Assembly (NCBI GenBank): GCA_905181585.1 | Contig: CAJIYG010000003.1 | Location: 78,702 to 142,701, forward strand | Reading direction: 5' to 3' | DNA from: an uncultured Flavobacteriales bacterium | Lineage (GTDB): Bacteria; Bacteroidota; Bacteroidia; Flavobacteriales; BACL11 | Length of the DNA: 64,000 nt | In this document: one piece after another, positions 45,831 through 56,688 of the stretch | How positions within the stretch are numbered: position 1 is the first letter of the stretch | Layout of the letters: every line of letters begins with the position of its first letter | Translations under genes and position numbers: made by a program | Notes under the pieces: model-generated | What the model saw: only the letters and a program-made list of their open reading frames with translations | The model's database searches: none | Told to the model about the DNA's origin: nothing

Positions 45831-46286
45831 ATGTTGACGAAAGAAAATATATCAAAAGCAGCTAAAGAAAAGATAACTGATATAGGAGGTTTTCTTGTAG
45901 ATGTGAAAATGAATACTAATAATAATATTACAATTCATTTTGATAAGAATGAAGGCGTCTTAATTGAAGATTGTATTTCTGTTACAAAGCATGTGGAAAG
46001 TATTTTTGATAGAGATGTTGAGGATTATGAGTTAAGTGTTTGTTCTGCAGGATTATCTCAACCTTTTAAGGTAAGTGAACAATATTTAAAAAATATAGGA
46101 AAAGAAGTATCTATTAAATTAAAAGACGGAAAAAGAAAAAGTGGAGTAATAAAATTTTTTGATGAAAATTTAACTCTTGAAATATTGAAAAAGAAAAAAG
46201 GATCAAAAAAAGATTATATTATTGAAGAAATAATAATCCCTATTGATCAGATAAAAGAAACAAAATTGAAAATAAACTTTAAATAA
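45831..46286 (+). CDS. rimP: ribosome maturation factor RimP
   Basis: 151 aa, located directly upstream of nusA. The segment ..DYELSVCSAGLSQPFK.. is typical of RimP. Confidence 0.85.
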   Translation: MLTKENISKAAKEKITDIGGFLVDVKMNTNNNITIHFDKNEGVLIEDCISVTKHVESIFDRDVEDYELSVCSAGLSQPFKVSEQYLKNIGKEVSIKLKDGKRKSGVIKFFDENLTLEILKKKKGSKKDYIIEEIIIPIDQIKETKLKINFK

Positions 46287-46293
46287 ATTATTA

Positions 46294-47536
46294 ATGGAAG
46301 TAGAAAATCTTATTGAATCATTCTCTGAATTTAAAGATGTAAAAAACATTGATAGAGAAACGATGATGAATATCCTTGAGGATGTTTTTAAAGCAGTTTT
46401 AGATAAAAAATATGAAGAAGCTGGTAATTTTAATGTTATTATTAATGTCGATAAAGGAGATTTAGAGATATGGAAAAACAGAGAAGTTGTAGCTGATGGT
46501 GATGTCGAAAACGATATCGCTCAAATTTCTCTTACAGATGCATTAAAGATTGAAGACGATTATGAAATTGGAGAAGAATTATCTGAGCAAGTTAGTTTTG
46601 AATCTGAATTTGGTCGTAGACAAGTATTATCTATTCGTCAACACCTAATTGCTCGAATTCATGAACAACATAGAGATACTCTAATAAAAAGATACCAAGA
46701 TAGAATTGGAGAAATTGTTCATGGTGAGGTTTATCAAATTTGGCGAAATGAAATTTTACTTACAGACGATGAAGGAAATGATATGTCCTTGCCTAAAACT
46801 GAGCAGATCCCTAAAGATTACTTTAAAAAAGGCGAATCTGTTAGAGCTGTGATTAAGGATGTTAATGTTAAAAACAATAAAGCAAATATTATTCTTTCAA
46901 GAATTGCTCCTGAATTTATTGAAAGATTATTTGAAATGGAGGTTCCTGAGGTTTTTGATGGTATTATAACAATAAAAAAAGTTGTTAGAGTTCCAGGAGA
47001 AAGAGCCAAAGTTTCTGTAGAATCTTATGATGATAGAATTGACCCAGTAGGAGCATGTGTAGGAATGAAAGGTTCTAGAATTCATGGCATTGTAAGAGAA
47101 TTAAAAAATGAAAATATTGATGTTGTAAATTATACAGAAAACTTACAACTTATTGATAACTAGAGCTTTAAGTCCTGCAAAACTTACCTCAGTTAGTATA
47201 AATGAGGAAACAGGAAGAGCTAAGGTGACTATGGATGCTGATCAGGTTTCATTAGCAATTGGAAGAGGAGGTAATAATATTGGTTTAGCTGGTAAATTAA
47301 CTGGCTATGAAATTGACGTTTTTAGAGATGAAGATTCGTTTGAGGATGATGTCGATATAGATGAATTTAGCGATGAAATAGAATCTTGGGTTCTTGATGC
47401 TTTAAAAGCAATTGGCTGTGATAGTGCAAAAAGTGTTTTGGGGATTGATGCAAAGGATCTTGTTTCTAGAACAGATTTAGAAAAAGAAACTGTTGATGAG
47501 GTTTTAGCTGTGTTGAAAGCTGAATTTGAGGATTAA
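46294..47536 (+). pseudogene. nusA: transcription termination/antitermination factor NusA, one frameshift near 47145-47155
   Basis: ORF 46294-47163 carries the N-terminal, S1 and KH1 regions (..GACVGMKGSRIHGIVRELKNENIDVVNYTENLQL). ORF 47153-47536 continues with (L)ITRALSPAKLTSVSINEETGRAKV..AIGRGGNNIGLAGKLTGYEIDVF (KH2). Confidence 0.9.
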
Positions 47537-47545
47537 AAATAAAAT

Positions 47546-50143
47546 ATGACAGAAAATAAAAGCGTTAGAATAAGTAAGTTAGTAAAGGAATTTAATGTCA
47601 AGATTGACAGGATTCTAGATTTTCTTGAGAAAGAGGGGTTACAAGGGTTAAATCCAAATTCTAAGATTTCATATGATGTATATATGAAGTTACTTGAAGA
47701 ATTTGATGCTTCAAAAGCGGCGAAGATTTCGGCACAGTTATTAGCTAAAGAAAAAGAACTAGAAAGAGCTGAAGAGATAATAAAAAATCAAGAGTTACTT
47801 GAGTCTCAAGCTAAACTTGATGAAGAGAAGGCATTAGCTAAAGCAAAAGCACTAGAAGAAATTAAGCAAAAGGAATTAGATAAAGAGAAAGAGGAAAAAA
47901 AACCATCACTAAATGTAGTAGGGAAATTAGATTTAACTAAAAAAGATGATGTAAAAAAAGATGATGTAAAAAAAGATCTTAAAACTAAAGATTCTACTTC
48001 AAAAGATGATGTTTCTGAAACTAAGAAAGAAGATGAAGTAATTAAATTTAAATCAATAAAACTTAAAGGACTTACTTCAACAGGAGAAAAGATTGATTTG
48101 TCAAAGTTTGATACTCCTAAAAAAGAAAATTCTAGTTCTGAAGATAATAAAAGAAAAAGAAAAAGAATTATTAAGAAAAAGGTTGAGCCAAATAAATTTA
48201 ATAAAAATAGAAAGTCAGCACCTAAAAAAGTTGTTGAAATTTCACCTGAAGAAGCACAAAAAAGAGTTAGAGAAACTTTAGCAAAATTACAAGGAGGAGG
48301 GAAAAAGACTTCCGTGAAAAATAGAAAAGAAAAGAGAGAGGCTCACAAGGCATTATCAGAACAGGAACAAGTCGAAAAGATGGTCTCAGATAAAACAGTA
48401 AAAATTGCAGAATTTGCAACAGCAAATGAGTTAGCTGCACTTATGAATGTTCCAGTTACTGAGATTATTACATCTTGTATGAGTCTTGGTATTATGATAA
48501 GTATGAACCAGAGACTAGACGCTGAGACTATTCAAATGTTAGTTGAAGATTTTGGATCTACTGTTGAATTTGTCGGCGCTGATGTTCAAGAGTCCATTGA
48601 AGAAATTATTGATGCAGATACTGATTTAGTTGTCAGAGCTCCTATTGTCACAATCATGGGACATGTTGATCATGGAAAAACATCTTTAATGGATTATATT
48701 AGGAAAACAAATGTAATTGCTGGAGAATCTGGAGGAATTACTCAACATATTGGAGCATATGAAGTAACTCTTGAGGATGGTAAAAAAATATCATTTTTAG
48801 ATACTCCTGGACATGAGGCTTTTACAGCAATGAGAGCAAGAGGAGCAAAAGTTACAGATATTGTAATTGTCGTGGTTGCTGCTGATGATAGGGTAATGCC
48901 TCAAACAAAGGAAGCGATTAGTCACGCACAAGCAGCTGGAGTACCTATCATATTTGCAATTAATAAAATTGATAGACCAACTGCCGATGCCGAGAAAATT
49001 AAAGGAGAGCTTGCTGAAATGAATCTACTTGTAGAAGATTGGGGAGGGAAATATCAATCACAAGATATTTCAGCTCTAAAAGGAACTGGGGTTAATGAGA
49101 TTCTTGAAAAGATTTTACTTGAGTCAGAGATGTTAGATCTAAAGGCTAATCCTAATAGAAATGCACAGGGTACAATTATTGAAGCCTCACTAGATAAAGG
49201 TAAAGGGTTTTTGTCAACTATATTAGTTCAAAAAGGAACATTAAAAATTGGGGATTATGTATTAGCCGGAAGTTATTCCGGTAAGGTAAAAGCATTATTA
49301 GATGAAAGAGGTAAAAAAATTGAAATTGCTGGCCCTTCTACTCCTGTAGTTTTACTTGGTCTTGATGGCGCTCCAACTGCTGGTGATGAATTTTATGTTA
49401 TGGATAAAGAGCAAGAGGCTAAAAAGATAGCTTCTAAAAGAATGCAACTTCAAAGAGAACAAAGTGTTAGAACTCAGAAACATTTAACGTTAGATGAAAT
49501 TGGAAGAAGAATTGCTTTAGGAGAATTCCAGGAAATAAATGTTATTGTTAAGGGAGATGTGGATGGATCAATTGAAGCATTATCAGATTCTTTGGAAAGA
49601 CTATCTACTGAAGAAATTAAAGTAAATATTATTCAAAAGGCAGTCGGTCAAATATCTGAATCTGATGTGATGTTAGCTGCAGCTTCTGACGCGATAATAA
49701 TTGGTTTTCAAGTAAGACCTTCACTAAAAGCAAGAAAATTAGCTGAGAGTGAAGAAATTGACATCAGATTATACTCTATTATTTATAAAGCGATAGAAGA
49801 ATTAAAACTTGCGATGGAAGGAATGCTCTCGCCAGAAATTCAAGAAAAAATCGTCTGTAATATTGAAGTAAGAGATGTGTTTAAAATTTCAAAAATTGGA
49901 ACAATTGCTGGTTGTATGGTTCTTGATGGTCAACTAACAAGAAAAAATGGAGTACGTCTTATTAGAGATGGCGTGGTTGTTTATACTGGTAAACTTTCAT
50001 CGCTAAAACGATTTAAAGATGATGTAAATGAAGTTAGAAAAGGATTTGAATGCGGTATGTCTATTGAAAACTTTAACGATTTAAAAATTGGAGATGTTAT
50101 AGAAGGATATGAGCTTGTAGAAACTCAGAGAGTATTAGACTAG
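47546..50143 (+). CDS. infB: translation initiation factor IF-2
   Basis: 865 aa with a Lys/Glu/Asp-rich N-terminal region and a G-domain ([26 protein letters not shown]). Confidence 0.95.
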   Translation: MTENKSVRISKLVKEFNVKIDRILDFLEKEGLQGLNPNSKISYDVYMKLLEEFDASKAAKISAQLLAKEKELERAEEIIKNQELLESQAKLDEEKALAKAKALEEIKQKELDKEKEEKKPSLNVVGKLDLTKKDDVKKDDVKKDLKTKDSTSKDDVSETKKEDEVIKFKSIKLKGLTSTGEKIDLSKFDTPKKENSSSEDNKRKRKRIIKKKVEPNKFNKNRKSAPKKVVEISPEEAQKRVRETLAKLQGGGKKTSVKNRKEKREAHKALSEQEQVEKMVSDKTVKIAEFATANELAALMNVPVTEIITSCMSLGIMISMNQRLDAETIQMLVEDFGSTVEFVGADVQESIEEIIDADTDLVVRAPIVTIMGHVDHGKTSLMDYIRKTNVIAGESGGITQHIGAYEVTLEDGKKISFLDTPGHEAFTAMRARGAKVTDIVIVVVAADDRVMPQTKEAISHAQAAGVPIIFAINKIDRPTADAEKIKGELAEMNLLVEDWGGKYQSQDISALKGTGVNEILEKILLESEMLDLKANPNRNAQGTIIEASLDKGKGFLSTILVQKGTLKIGDYVLAGSYSGKVKALLDERGKKIEIAGPSTPVVLLGLDGAPTAGDEFYVMDKEQEAKKIASKRMQLQREQSVRTQKHLTLDEIGRRIALGEFQEINVIVKGDVDGSIEALSDSLERLSTEEIKVNIIQKAVGQISESDVMLAAASDAIIIGFQVRPSLKARKLAESEEIDIRLYSIIYKAIEELKLAMEGMLSPEIQEKIVCNIEVRDVFKISKIGTIAGCMVLDGQLTRKNGVRLIRDGVVVYTGKLSSLKRFKDDVNEVRKGFECGMSIENFNDLKIGDVIEGYELVETQRVLD

Positions 50144-50146
50144 TCT

Positions 50147-50539
50147 TTAATTATGTAGCTCTGTAATTGGAATAATAGTTGGCACAGGATAAGCTTCAAT
50201 ATAATCTTTTTTAATTTTGTCTTTTAACTTTAATGCTTCTATTTTTTCTCTGAAATTTCCAACACTTATTTTGTAATAAGGCGGGCTATAGGTTAAATAT
50301 GTATCTATTTCTGGAAATTTTTTTATAAAATCTAATCTACTTGATCTAATTTCTTCTTTTGTGCTTTTGAATGCTAACTGAACCCTCCACCCATCTACAC
50401 CATTTTTTGCATAATTTATTTTTTGATGTTTTATTATTAGGCTATCAATGTCATCTTGATACTTAATATTCACCTGATTAAAATCTTGAGAAAATAAACA
50501 GAGTGGAAAAAATAAAATTGCTATTATTTTTAATTTCAT
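50147..50539 (-). CDS. SPOR (peptidoglycan-binding) domain protein
   Basis: 130 aa with a signal peptide. The segment GWRVQLAFKSTKEEIRSSRLDFIKKFPEIDTYLTYSPPYYKISVGNFREKIEALKLKDKI fits the SPOR fold pattern. Confidence 0.6.
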   Translation of the reverse strand: MKLKIIAILFFPLCLFSQDFNQVNIKYQDDIDSLIIKHQKINYAKNGVDGWRVQLAFKSTKEEIRSSRLDFIKKFPEIDTYLTYSPPYYKISVGNFREKIEALKLKDKIKKDYIEAYPVPTIIPITELHN

Positions 50540-50589
50540 AATATCAAAATTAGTAAATTTATCCGTTAGCTATTTTATATTAAAAAAAA

Positions 50590-51897
50590 ATGAGAAATAA
50601 AGTTATATATAATATCAAAAATCCTGATTTACTTTTGAGTCAATTTATCTCATTAACCAAAAAATATAAATATTCTTGTTTGCTAAATTCAAATCCTTCT
50701 TCAGAAAATCAGCCAAAAGAATACAATACTTTTTCAATTATGTTAGCTCTTGACAAGATTGATTTAATAGAGTCTAATCATAATTCTTTTAAAAAATTAA
50801 AGAAATTTCACATTCATAAAAAAGACTGGATGTTTGGATATTTGTCTTATGATTTGAAGAACGAGAATACCAATCTATATTCAAAAAATATTGATAATAT
50901 TTCGCATTCTAATTTGTCTTTTTTTGTGCCTAAGTATTTGTTTATTTTAAAAGGGGATAATCTTACAATTGAAAGCTATGAGTCAAAAGAAAATCTTGTA
51001 GAATTTTATAAAAAAATAAATAATATTAAGCCTGTTAAGTCAGAAAAAGTTAAATACGATCTTCTGCAGAGAGAAAGTAAAGATATCTATCTTAAAAAGA
51101 TAAATATGATTAAGAAGCATATCCAGAATGGAGATATATATGAAATGAATTACTGTCAAGAGTTTTTCAATGAGAATGCTAATTGTAGTCCACAAGATAT
51201 TTATAAACGTTTAAACCTTTTAGCACAATCTCCCTTCTCATGTTTCCTTAATTTGAGAAATATTAATATTATGTGTGCTAGTCCTGAACGTTTTCTTAAA
51301 AAAACAGGTTCTAATATCTTATCTCAGCCAATTAAAGGAACCTCAAGAAGATCTGAAGACCCTAAAGAAGATATATTTTTATTTGAAAAATTGTCAAAGA
51401 GTGTTAAAGATAAAACTGAAAATGTGATGATAGTTGATTTGGTAAGAAATGATTTATCTATGACTGCTGAAAAATCTTCGGTAAAAGTTGATGATCTTTG
51501 TTCTGTTTATCCTTTTAATCAAGTGTATCAAATGATATCGACAGTTTCTTCTAAAATAGATTTAACAAAATATACATTTAGTGATGTTTTGGAAACAAAT
51601 TTCCCAATGGGTTCTATGACTGGAGCTCCAAAGCATAGTGCCATGAGAATTATTGAAAAATTTGAAGCAACCAAAAGAGGTCTTTTCTCAGGATCTGTAG
51701 GATATATAGATCCGGACGGTGATTTTGATTTTAATGTAATAATTAGAAGTATTATATATGATTCTGCAAAAAAATATCTTTCTGTATCAGTCGGGGGAGC
51801 AATTACAAATAAATCTATTGATATCGAAGAGTATCAAGAATGCCTAACTAAGGCTACTTTAATGTTTAATGCTTTAAATTTTAATTTTGATGATTAA
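50590..51897 (+). CDS. pabB: aminodeoxychorismate synthase component I (chorismate-binding enzyme family)
   Basis: 435 aa with ..GDIYEMNYCQEF.., ..SPERFLKK.., ..PIKGT.., ..ENVMIVDLVRNDL.. and ..FPMGSMTGAPK.. The size fits PabB better than TrpE. Confidence 0.75.
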   Translation: MRNKVIYNIKNPDLLLSQFISLTKKYKYSCLLNSNPSSENQPKEYNTFSIMLALDKIDLIESNHNSFKKLKKFHIHKKDWMFGYLSYDLKNENTNLYSKNIDNISHSNLSFFVPKYLFILKGDNLTIESYESKENLVEFYKKINNIKPVKSEKVKYDLLQRESKDIYLKKINMIKKHIQNGDIYEMNYCQEFFNENANCSPQDIYKRLNLLAQSPFSCFLNLRNINIMCASPERFLKKTGSNILSQPIKGTSRRSEDPKEDIFLFEKLSKSVKDKTENVMIVDLVRNDLSMTAEKSSVKVDDLCSVYPFNQVYQMISTVSSKIDLTKYTFSDVLETNFPMGSMTGAPKHSAMRIIEKFEATKRGLFSGSVGYIDPDGDFDFNVIIRSIIYDSAKKYLSVSVGGAITNKSIDIEEYQECLTKATLMFNALNFNFDD

Positions 51898-53203
51898 AAA
51901 AATTAAAGAATATATAAAATCAAATAATTTATTTGATCCAAATACAAAGCTATTAGTTGCTGTTAGTGGGGGCATGGACAGCATGTTTCTTTTGCATATA
52001 TTAATGAAATTAGATTATGAACTTGAAATTATACACTGTAACTTTTGTCTAAGAGGATCTGAATCAGATGGTGATGAGGAGTTCGTTAAAGAATATGCAT
52101 TCAATAATAATATTAAAATTCACACAAAAAGTTTTGACACATTAGAATTTGCTAAAGAAGAAAAAATTTCAACCCAAATGGCGGCAAGAGATCTAAGGTA
52201 TTTATATTTTGAGGAAATAAGACCTATCTCTAATTGTGATCATATTGCGATTGCACATAATTCCGATGATGATGTTGAAACATTTTTTATTAATTTAACT
52301 AGAGGTACTGGCCTAAAAGGTTTGTCTGGAATAAGAAAAAAAAATAAGAAGATTGTAAGACCTATATTGTCTATAGCAAGAAGTGAAATTTCTGAATATG
52401 TTAATTTAAATAATATTTCTTACAGAGAAGATTCATCAAATAGAAAGAGTGATTATATCAGAAATAATTTTCGAAATAATATATTTCCCTTATTATCAGA
52501 TATTAATCCTTCTTTTAAGAAAACTATTTTGAATCAGATTAAGATTCTGGATGAAGTCTATCAAATGCATTCTATTGTAATTGATAAAGATCTTAAGAAG
52601 ATGAAATCTAAATTTGAAAATGGTTTTAGAATAAAATTTTCCGATATATTATTGAAAAATTTTCCGATGGTGTATATATACGAATTATTTCATCCATATG
52701 GCTTTAAAGATTTTGATAGTATATACTTAGCAATTAAAGTTCAAGAAAGCGGGAAAGTGTTTGTAAGTAATAATTTTAAATTACTTATCGACAGAGAGTA
52801 TATATATTTATCAAAAAAGTTAATTGTTAAAAACGATAATTATAAAATTGAACAAAATGCAAGAGAAATTTATAAGCCAATAAAATTAAAGTTTTTTGTT
52901 TCATCAGAAGTTGACTTCATAAAGAATTCTCATCAAGCTTTTTTAGATATTAAAAAAATTACTTTTCCGCTTATTCTTAGAAAGTGGCAAAAAGGCGATT
53001 CCTTTTATCCTCTTGGTATGAGAAATAAGAAAAAGTTAAGTGATTTTTTCATTGATGAAAAATTATCTATTTATGATAAAGATAATGTCTGGTTATTATG
53101 TTCTAATAATGACATTATTTGGGTAATTGGCTATCGTATTGACGATAGGTACAAGATTACAAATAATACTAAAAAGATGTATATTGCAAATCTTTTAAAT
53201 TAA
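51887..53203 (+). CDS. tilS: tRNA(Ile)-lysidine synthetase
   Basis: 438 aa with the PP-loop VAVSGGMDSM. It overlaps pabB by 11 nt. Confidence 0.9.
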   Translation: MMIKKIKEYIKSNNLFDPNTKLLVAVSGGMDSMFLLHILMKLDYELEIIHCNFCLRGSESDGDEEFVKEYAFNNNIKIHTKSFDTLEFAKEEKISTQMAARDLRYLYFEEIRPISNCDHIAIAHNSDDDVETFFINLTRGTGLKGLSGIRKKNKKIVRPILSIARSEISEYVNLNNISYREDSSNRKSDYIRNNFRNNIFPLLSDINPSFKKTILNQIKILDEVYQMHSIVIDKDLKKMKSKFENGFRIKFSDILLKNFPMVYIYELFHPYGFKDFDSIYLAIKVQESGKVFVSNNFKLLIDREYIYLSKKLIVKNDNYKIEQNAREIYKPIKLKFFVSSEVDFIKNSHQAFLDIKKITFPLILRKWQKGDSFYPLGMRNKKKLSDFFIDEKLSIYDKDNVWLLCSNNDIIWVIGYRIDDRYKITNNTKKMYIANLLN

Positions 53204-53207
53204 GAAT

Positions 53208-53687
53208 ATGTCAATTAGTACTTTTCATGAAAAACAATATTTAGGACTAAATAAAAATTCTCTTTCGAGAAGGTTAGTTCTTGGCATTTTTTCTTTTTTA
53301 GCCTATTACTTTAGCGCAAGTATTGGGTCAAAAGGTGATGTTTATTTTTTTATTGGAATTTGTATTATTTTAATCTCAATTTTATTGCTATTTGTTCTAC
53401 ATTTTGAAACGAAGATTGTTAATGGTAGTTTAATATTAGATGGTATTTGGACATCTAGAAAAGTTAAGATTGATCTTTTGTCAATAAATTCCTGTAAGAT
53501 GGTTAATTATAGTAAGTATATTCTAAATCGATCTGTATATAATCTTCACCGAAAGGGTGTCGTTAGGTTTTATACAAGAGGTAGTGAAGCTATCGAATTA
53601 ACTGATAGAGATGGACTAAAGTATATTATTGGTAGTCAAAATACGTCTGAATTAAATAGAATAATTAATGCAATTTTAAAAAAATAG
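53208..53687 (+). CDS. membrane protein, unknown function
   Basis: 159 aa with two TM helices and then a small soluble domain. It lies in the pabB-tilS-dsbD string with 3-4 nt gaps. Confidence 0.45.
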   Translation: MSISTFHEKQYLGLNKNSLSRRLVLGIFSFLAYYFSASIGSKGDVYFFIGICIILISILLLFVLHFETKIVNGSLILDGIWTSRKVKIDLLSINSCKMVNYSKYILNRSVYNLHRKGVVRFYTRGSEAIELTDRDGLKYIIGSQNTSELNRIINAILKK

Positions 53688-53690
53688 ATT

Positions 53691-55580
53691 ATGAAAAAAA
53701 TAATTTTATTATCATTTTTATGTTTTGGATTCTTGTTGAATGCTCAGATCTTTAATCCTGTTGAATGGAGTTTTTCTCAAAATAAAATTTCAGAAAATGA
53801 AATTGAATTAACTTTTACAGCCAAAATTGATAGCGGTTGGTATGTCTATTCTCAATACGCTGGAGAAGGTCCTGTCTCTACTGAGTTTACATTTTCTGAA
53901 TCAGAATCTTTTATTTTACAAGATAAAGTAAAAGAAGGAAAGGCTATCACTGAGTTTGACCCTAATTTTGATGTCGTTCTTTCTTATTTTAAAAAAGAAG
54001 CAGTATTTACACAACTTATTCAGATTAGTTCGGAAGAAGATTTTTTAATTAATGGTGATGTCTATTTTATGACTTGTGATGCTGGTCAGTGTCTGCCACC
54101 TGAAGCTGTTGAATTTTCTTTTGAAGTGGAAGGGACACAACAATCTAGCAGTTATAGTATTTGGAGACTTTTCTTTATTGCTTTTTTAAGTGGTTTTGCA
54201 GCTCTTTTGACACCATGTGTATTTCCAATGATACCAATGACTGTTTCATTTTTCACTAAACAATCGAAAACTAAGTCTAAGGGTATTTTCAATGCAATTA
54301 TTTATGGAATTTCTATTATTGTTATTTATGTTGCCCTGGGAGTTGGAGTCTCTTCCATTTTTGGTGCAGATGCTTTAAATAATATGGCAACTAATGTTTA
54401 TTTTAACATTGGCTTCTTTCTCCTTCTAATTATTTTTGGAGCTTCATTTCTTGGAGCTTTTGAAATTCAGTTGCCTTCATCTTGGGTAAATAGTACCGAT
54501 AAAGCTTCCGATCGCGGTGGGCTGATTGGTATTTTCTTTATGGCTTTCACTCTTGCTTTGGTTTCATTTTCATGCACAGGCCCAATAGTTGGGACTTTAC
54601 TCGTTGAAGCTGCTAGTGGAGGTTATATGGGGCCAATTATTGGAATGCTTGGTTTTTCATTAGCTATTGCATTACCTTTTGCATTATTTGCAGCTTTTCC
54701 AGGTTGGTTAAACTCTCTTCCTCAGTCCGGGGGATGGCTAAATTCAGTAAAAGTAACACTTGGTTTTCTTGAGATTGCACTAGCATTTAAGTTTTTATCA
54801 AACGCAGACCTTGTATTACAAACTCATCTTTTAGAAAGAGAATTGTTTATCGCTATATGGGTAGTAATTTTTGCTTTACTAACTATGTATTTGCTTGGAT
54901 TCTTAAAATTTGCCCATGATTCAGAGCTTAAGTATCTATCTGTTAGTAGATTATCTATGGCTTTTTTAGCTGGTACTTTAACCATATATATGATTCCAGG
55001 AATGTGGGGAGCACCTTTAAAAATTATAAATGCTTTTCCACCACCAATGCAGTATAGTGAATCTCCTTCAGGACTTGGCTCATCTTCAGCTATAAGTTCT
55101 TCTTCCCATTCAGTAAGTGGCCAACATATAGGTCCTCAAGGCTTAATGGTTTTTCACGATTATAAAGAAGGTTTACAATATGCTAAGAAAGTTAACAAAC
55201 CACTTATGGTAGATTTTACAGGACATGCATGCGTTAACTGTAGAAAAATGGAAGAACAAGTTTGGTCTAATACCGATGTTAAAAATACATTAATGAATGA
55301 TGTTGTATTAGTTTCATTATATGTTGATGAGAGAATTGACCTTCCTACTAATGAACAGTACACAACAACAATGGCAGGAAAAAAGAAAAAAGTCAAAACT
55401 ACAGGAGATAAGTGGATGGTTTTTCAAGCAAATACATTTGGTACAAATTCTCAACCATATTACGTCCTATTAGATCACAACGAAAATCAGTTAAACGAAC
55501 CAGCTAATTATCAAGATTACGGATCAGTTCCTGTATTTAAAGATTGGATTTCTAGAGGTTTAGCAACATTTAATAAATAA
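53691..55580 (+). CDS. DsbD-family protein-disulfide reductase (CcdA-like membrane core plus C-terminal thioredoxin domain)
   Basis: 629 aa with a signal peptide, an N-terminal beta domain, a membrane core with LTPCVFPMIP and SFSCTGPIVG, and a C-terminal thioredoxin motif (HACVNC). Confidence 0.8.
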   Translation: MKKIILLSFLCFGFLLNAQIFNPVEWSFSQNKISENEIELTFTAKIDSGWYVYSQYAGEGPVSTEFTFSESESFILQDKVKEGKAITEFDPNFDVVLSYFKKEAVFTQLIQISSEEDFLINGDVYFMTCDAGQCLPPEAVEFSFEVEGTQQSSSYSIWRLFFIAFLSGFAALLTPCVFPMIPMTVSFFTKQSKTKSKGIFNAIIYGISIIVIYVALGVGVSSIFGADALNNMATNVYFNIGFFLLLIIFGASFLGAFEIQLPSSWVNSTDKASDRGGLIGIFFMAFTLALVSFSCTGPIVGTLLVEAASGGYMGPIIGMLGFSLAIALPFALFAAFPGWLNSLPQSGGWLNSVKVTLGFLEIALAFKFLSNADLVLQTHLLERELFIAIWVVIFALLTMYLLGFLKFAHDSELKYLSVSRLSMAFLAGTLTIYMIPGMWGAPLKIINAFPPPMQYSESPSGLGSSSAISSSSHSVSGQHIGPQGLMVFHDYKEGLQYAKKVNKPLMVDFTGHACVNCRKMEEQVWSNTDVKNTLMNDVVLVSLYVDERIDLPTNEQYTTTMAGKKKKVKTTGDKWMVFQANTFGTNSQPYYVLLDHNENQLNEPANYQDYGSVPVFKDWISRGLATFNK

Positions 55581-55585
55581 AGAAA

Positions 55586-56686
55586 ATGAAGAAAGAAAAA
55601 AAGTATATAAAAGTTATTACAAAAAAATCGGAAGAATTCTTAGAAAAATATATCAATAACCCATCACCAACAGGATTTGAAAGTAGCGGTCAAAAAATAT
55701 GGCTTGATTATATTAATCCGTATATCGATGAACATTTTGTTGATACCTATGGAACAGTAGTTGGTGTTATTAATCCTAAAGCAGAATATAAGGTAGTTAT
55801 TGAGGCTCATGCCGATGAGATTTCTTGGTTTGTTCATTATATAACAAAAGATGGTTTTATTTATCTACGAAGAAATGGTGGGTCAGATCATCAGATTGCT
55901 CCATCAAAGCGTGTTAATATTCATACCAAAAAAGGCGTTGTAAAAGCTGTATTTGGTTGGCCTGCTATTCACACTAGAACTGCTGCTGATGAGAAAGTTC
56001 CCAAGCTTGATAATATTTTTCTTGATTGTGGTTGCTCTGATAAGAAAGAAATAGAAGCTCTTGGTATTCATGTTGGTTGTGTAGTTACATATGAAGATGA
56101 GTTTATGGTTTTAAACGATAAATTCTATGTTGGACGAGCTCTTGATAATAGGGTTGGAGGTTTTATGATTGCAGAAGTTGCAAGACTATTAAAAGAAAAT
56201 AAAGTCAAACTTCCATTTGGTCTTTATATTACTAATGCTGTTCAAGAAGAGGTCGGTTTAAGGGGTGCTCAAATGATAGTTGAAACAATAAAGCCTGATG
56301 TTGCAATTGTTACAGATGTTTGCCATGATACTCATACACCAATGATTAATAAAATTAAGCAGGGTGATACAAAATGCGGCGAAGGTCCTGTTTTATTTTA
56401 TGGACCTGCAGTTCAAAATAATTTATTAGAGCTTATAATAAATTCAGCTGAGAAAAATAAAATACCATTCCAAAGAGGGGCTGCCTCTAGAGCCACAGGA
56501 ACAGATACTGATGCATTTGCATTTTCTACTGGAGGTGTAGCATCTGCCTTGATTTCATTACCTTTAAGATATATGCATACAACTGTAGAAAGTGTTCACA
56601 AGAGTGATGTTAATAATGTTATTTCCTTAATCTATAATTTACTACAAGATATTAAAGATCAACACGATTTTAGATATTTAAAATAG
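55586..56686 (+). CDS. M42 family metallopeptidase (glutamyl aminopeptidase-like)
   Basis: 366 aa with ..IEAHADEI.., ..GRALDNRVGG.. and ..VQEEVGLRGA.. as the metal-ligand motifs. Confidence 0.85.
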   Translation: MKKEKKYIKVITKKSEEFLEKYINNPSPTGFESSGQKIWLDYINPYIDEHFVDTYGTVVGVINPKAEYKVVIEAHADEISWFVHYITKDGFIYLRRNGGSDHQIAPSKRVNIHTKKGVVKAVFGWPAIHTRTAADEKVPKLDNIFLDCGCSDKKEIEALGIHVGCVVTYEDEFMVLNDKFYVGRALDNRVGGFMIAEVARLLKENKVKLPFGLYITNAVQEEVGLRGAQMIVETIKPDVAIVTDVCHDTHTPMINKIKQGDTKCGEGPVLFYGPAVQNNLLELIINSAEKNKIPFQRGAASRATGTDTDAFAFSTGGVASALISLPLRYMHTTVESVHKSDVNNVISLIYNLLQDIKDQHDFRYLK

Positions 56687-56688
56687 TT

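Noticed and set aside
47930-48010. Short tandem repeat aaaaaagatgatgta x2 and Lys/Asp/Glu-rich low complexity in infB
   Set aside because: Charged, repetitive N-terminal regions are normal for bacterial IF-2. The frame is intact, so this is not a separate feature.
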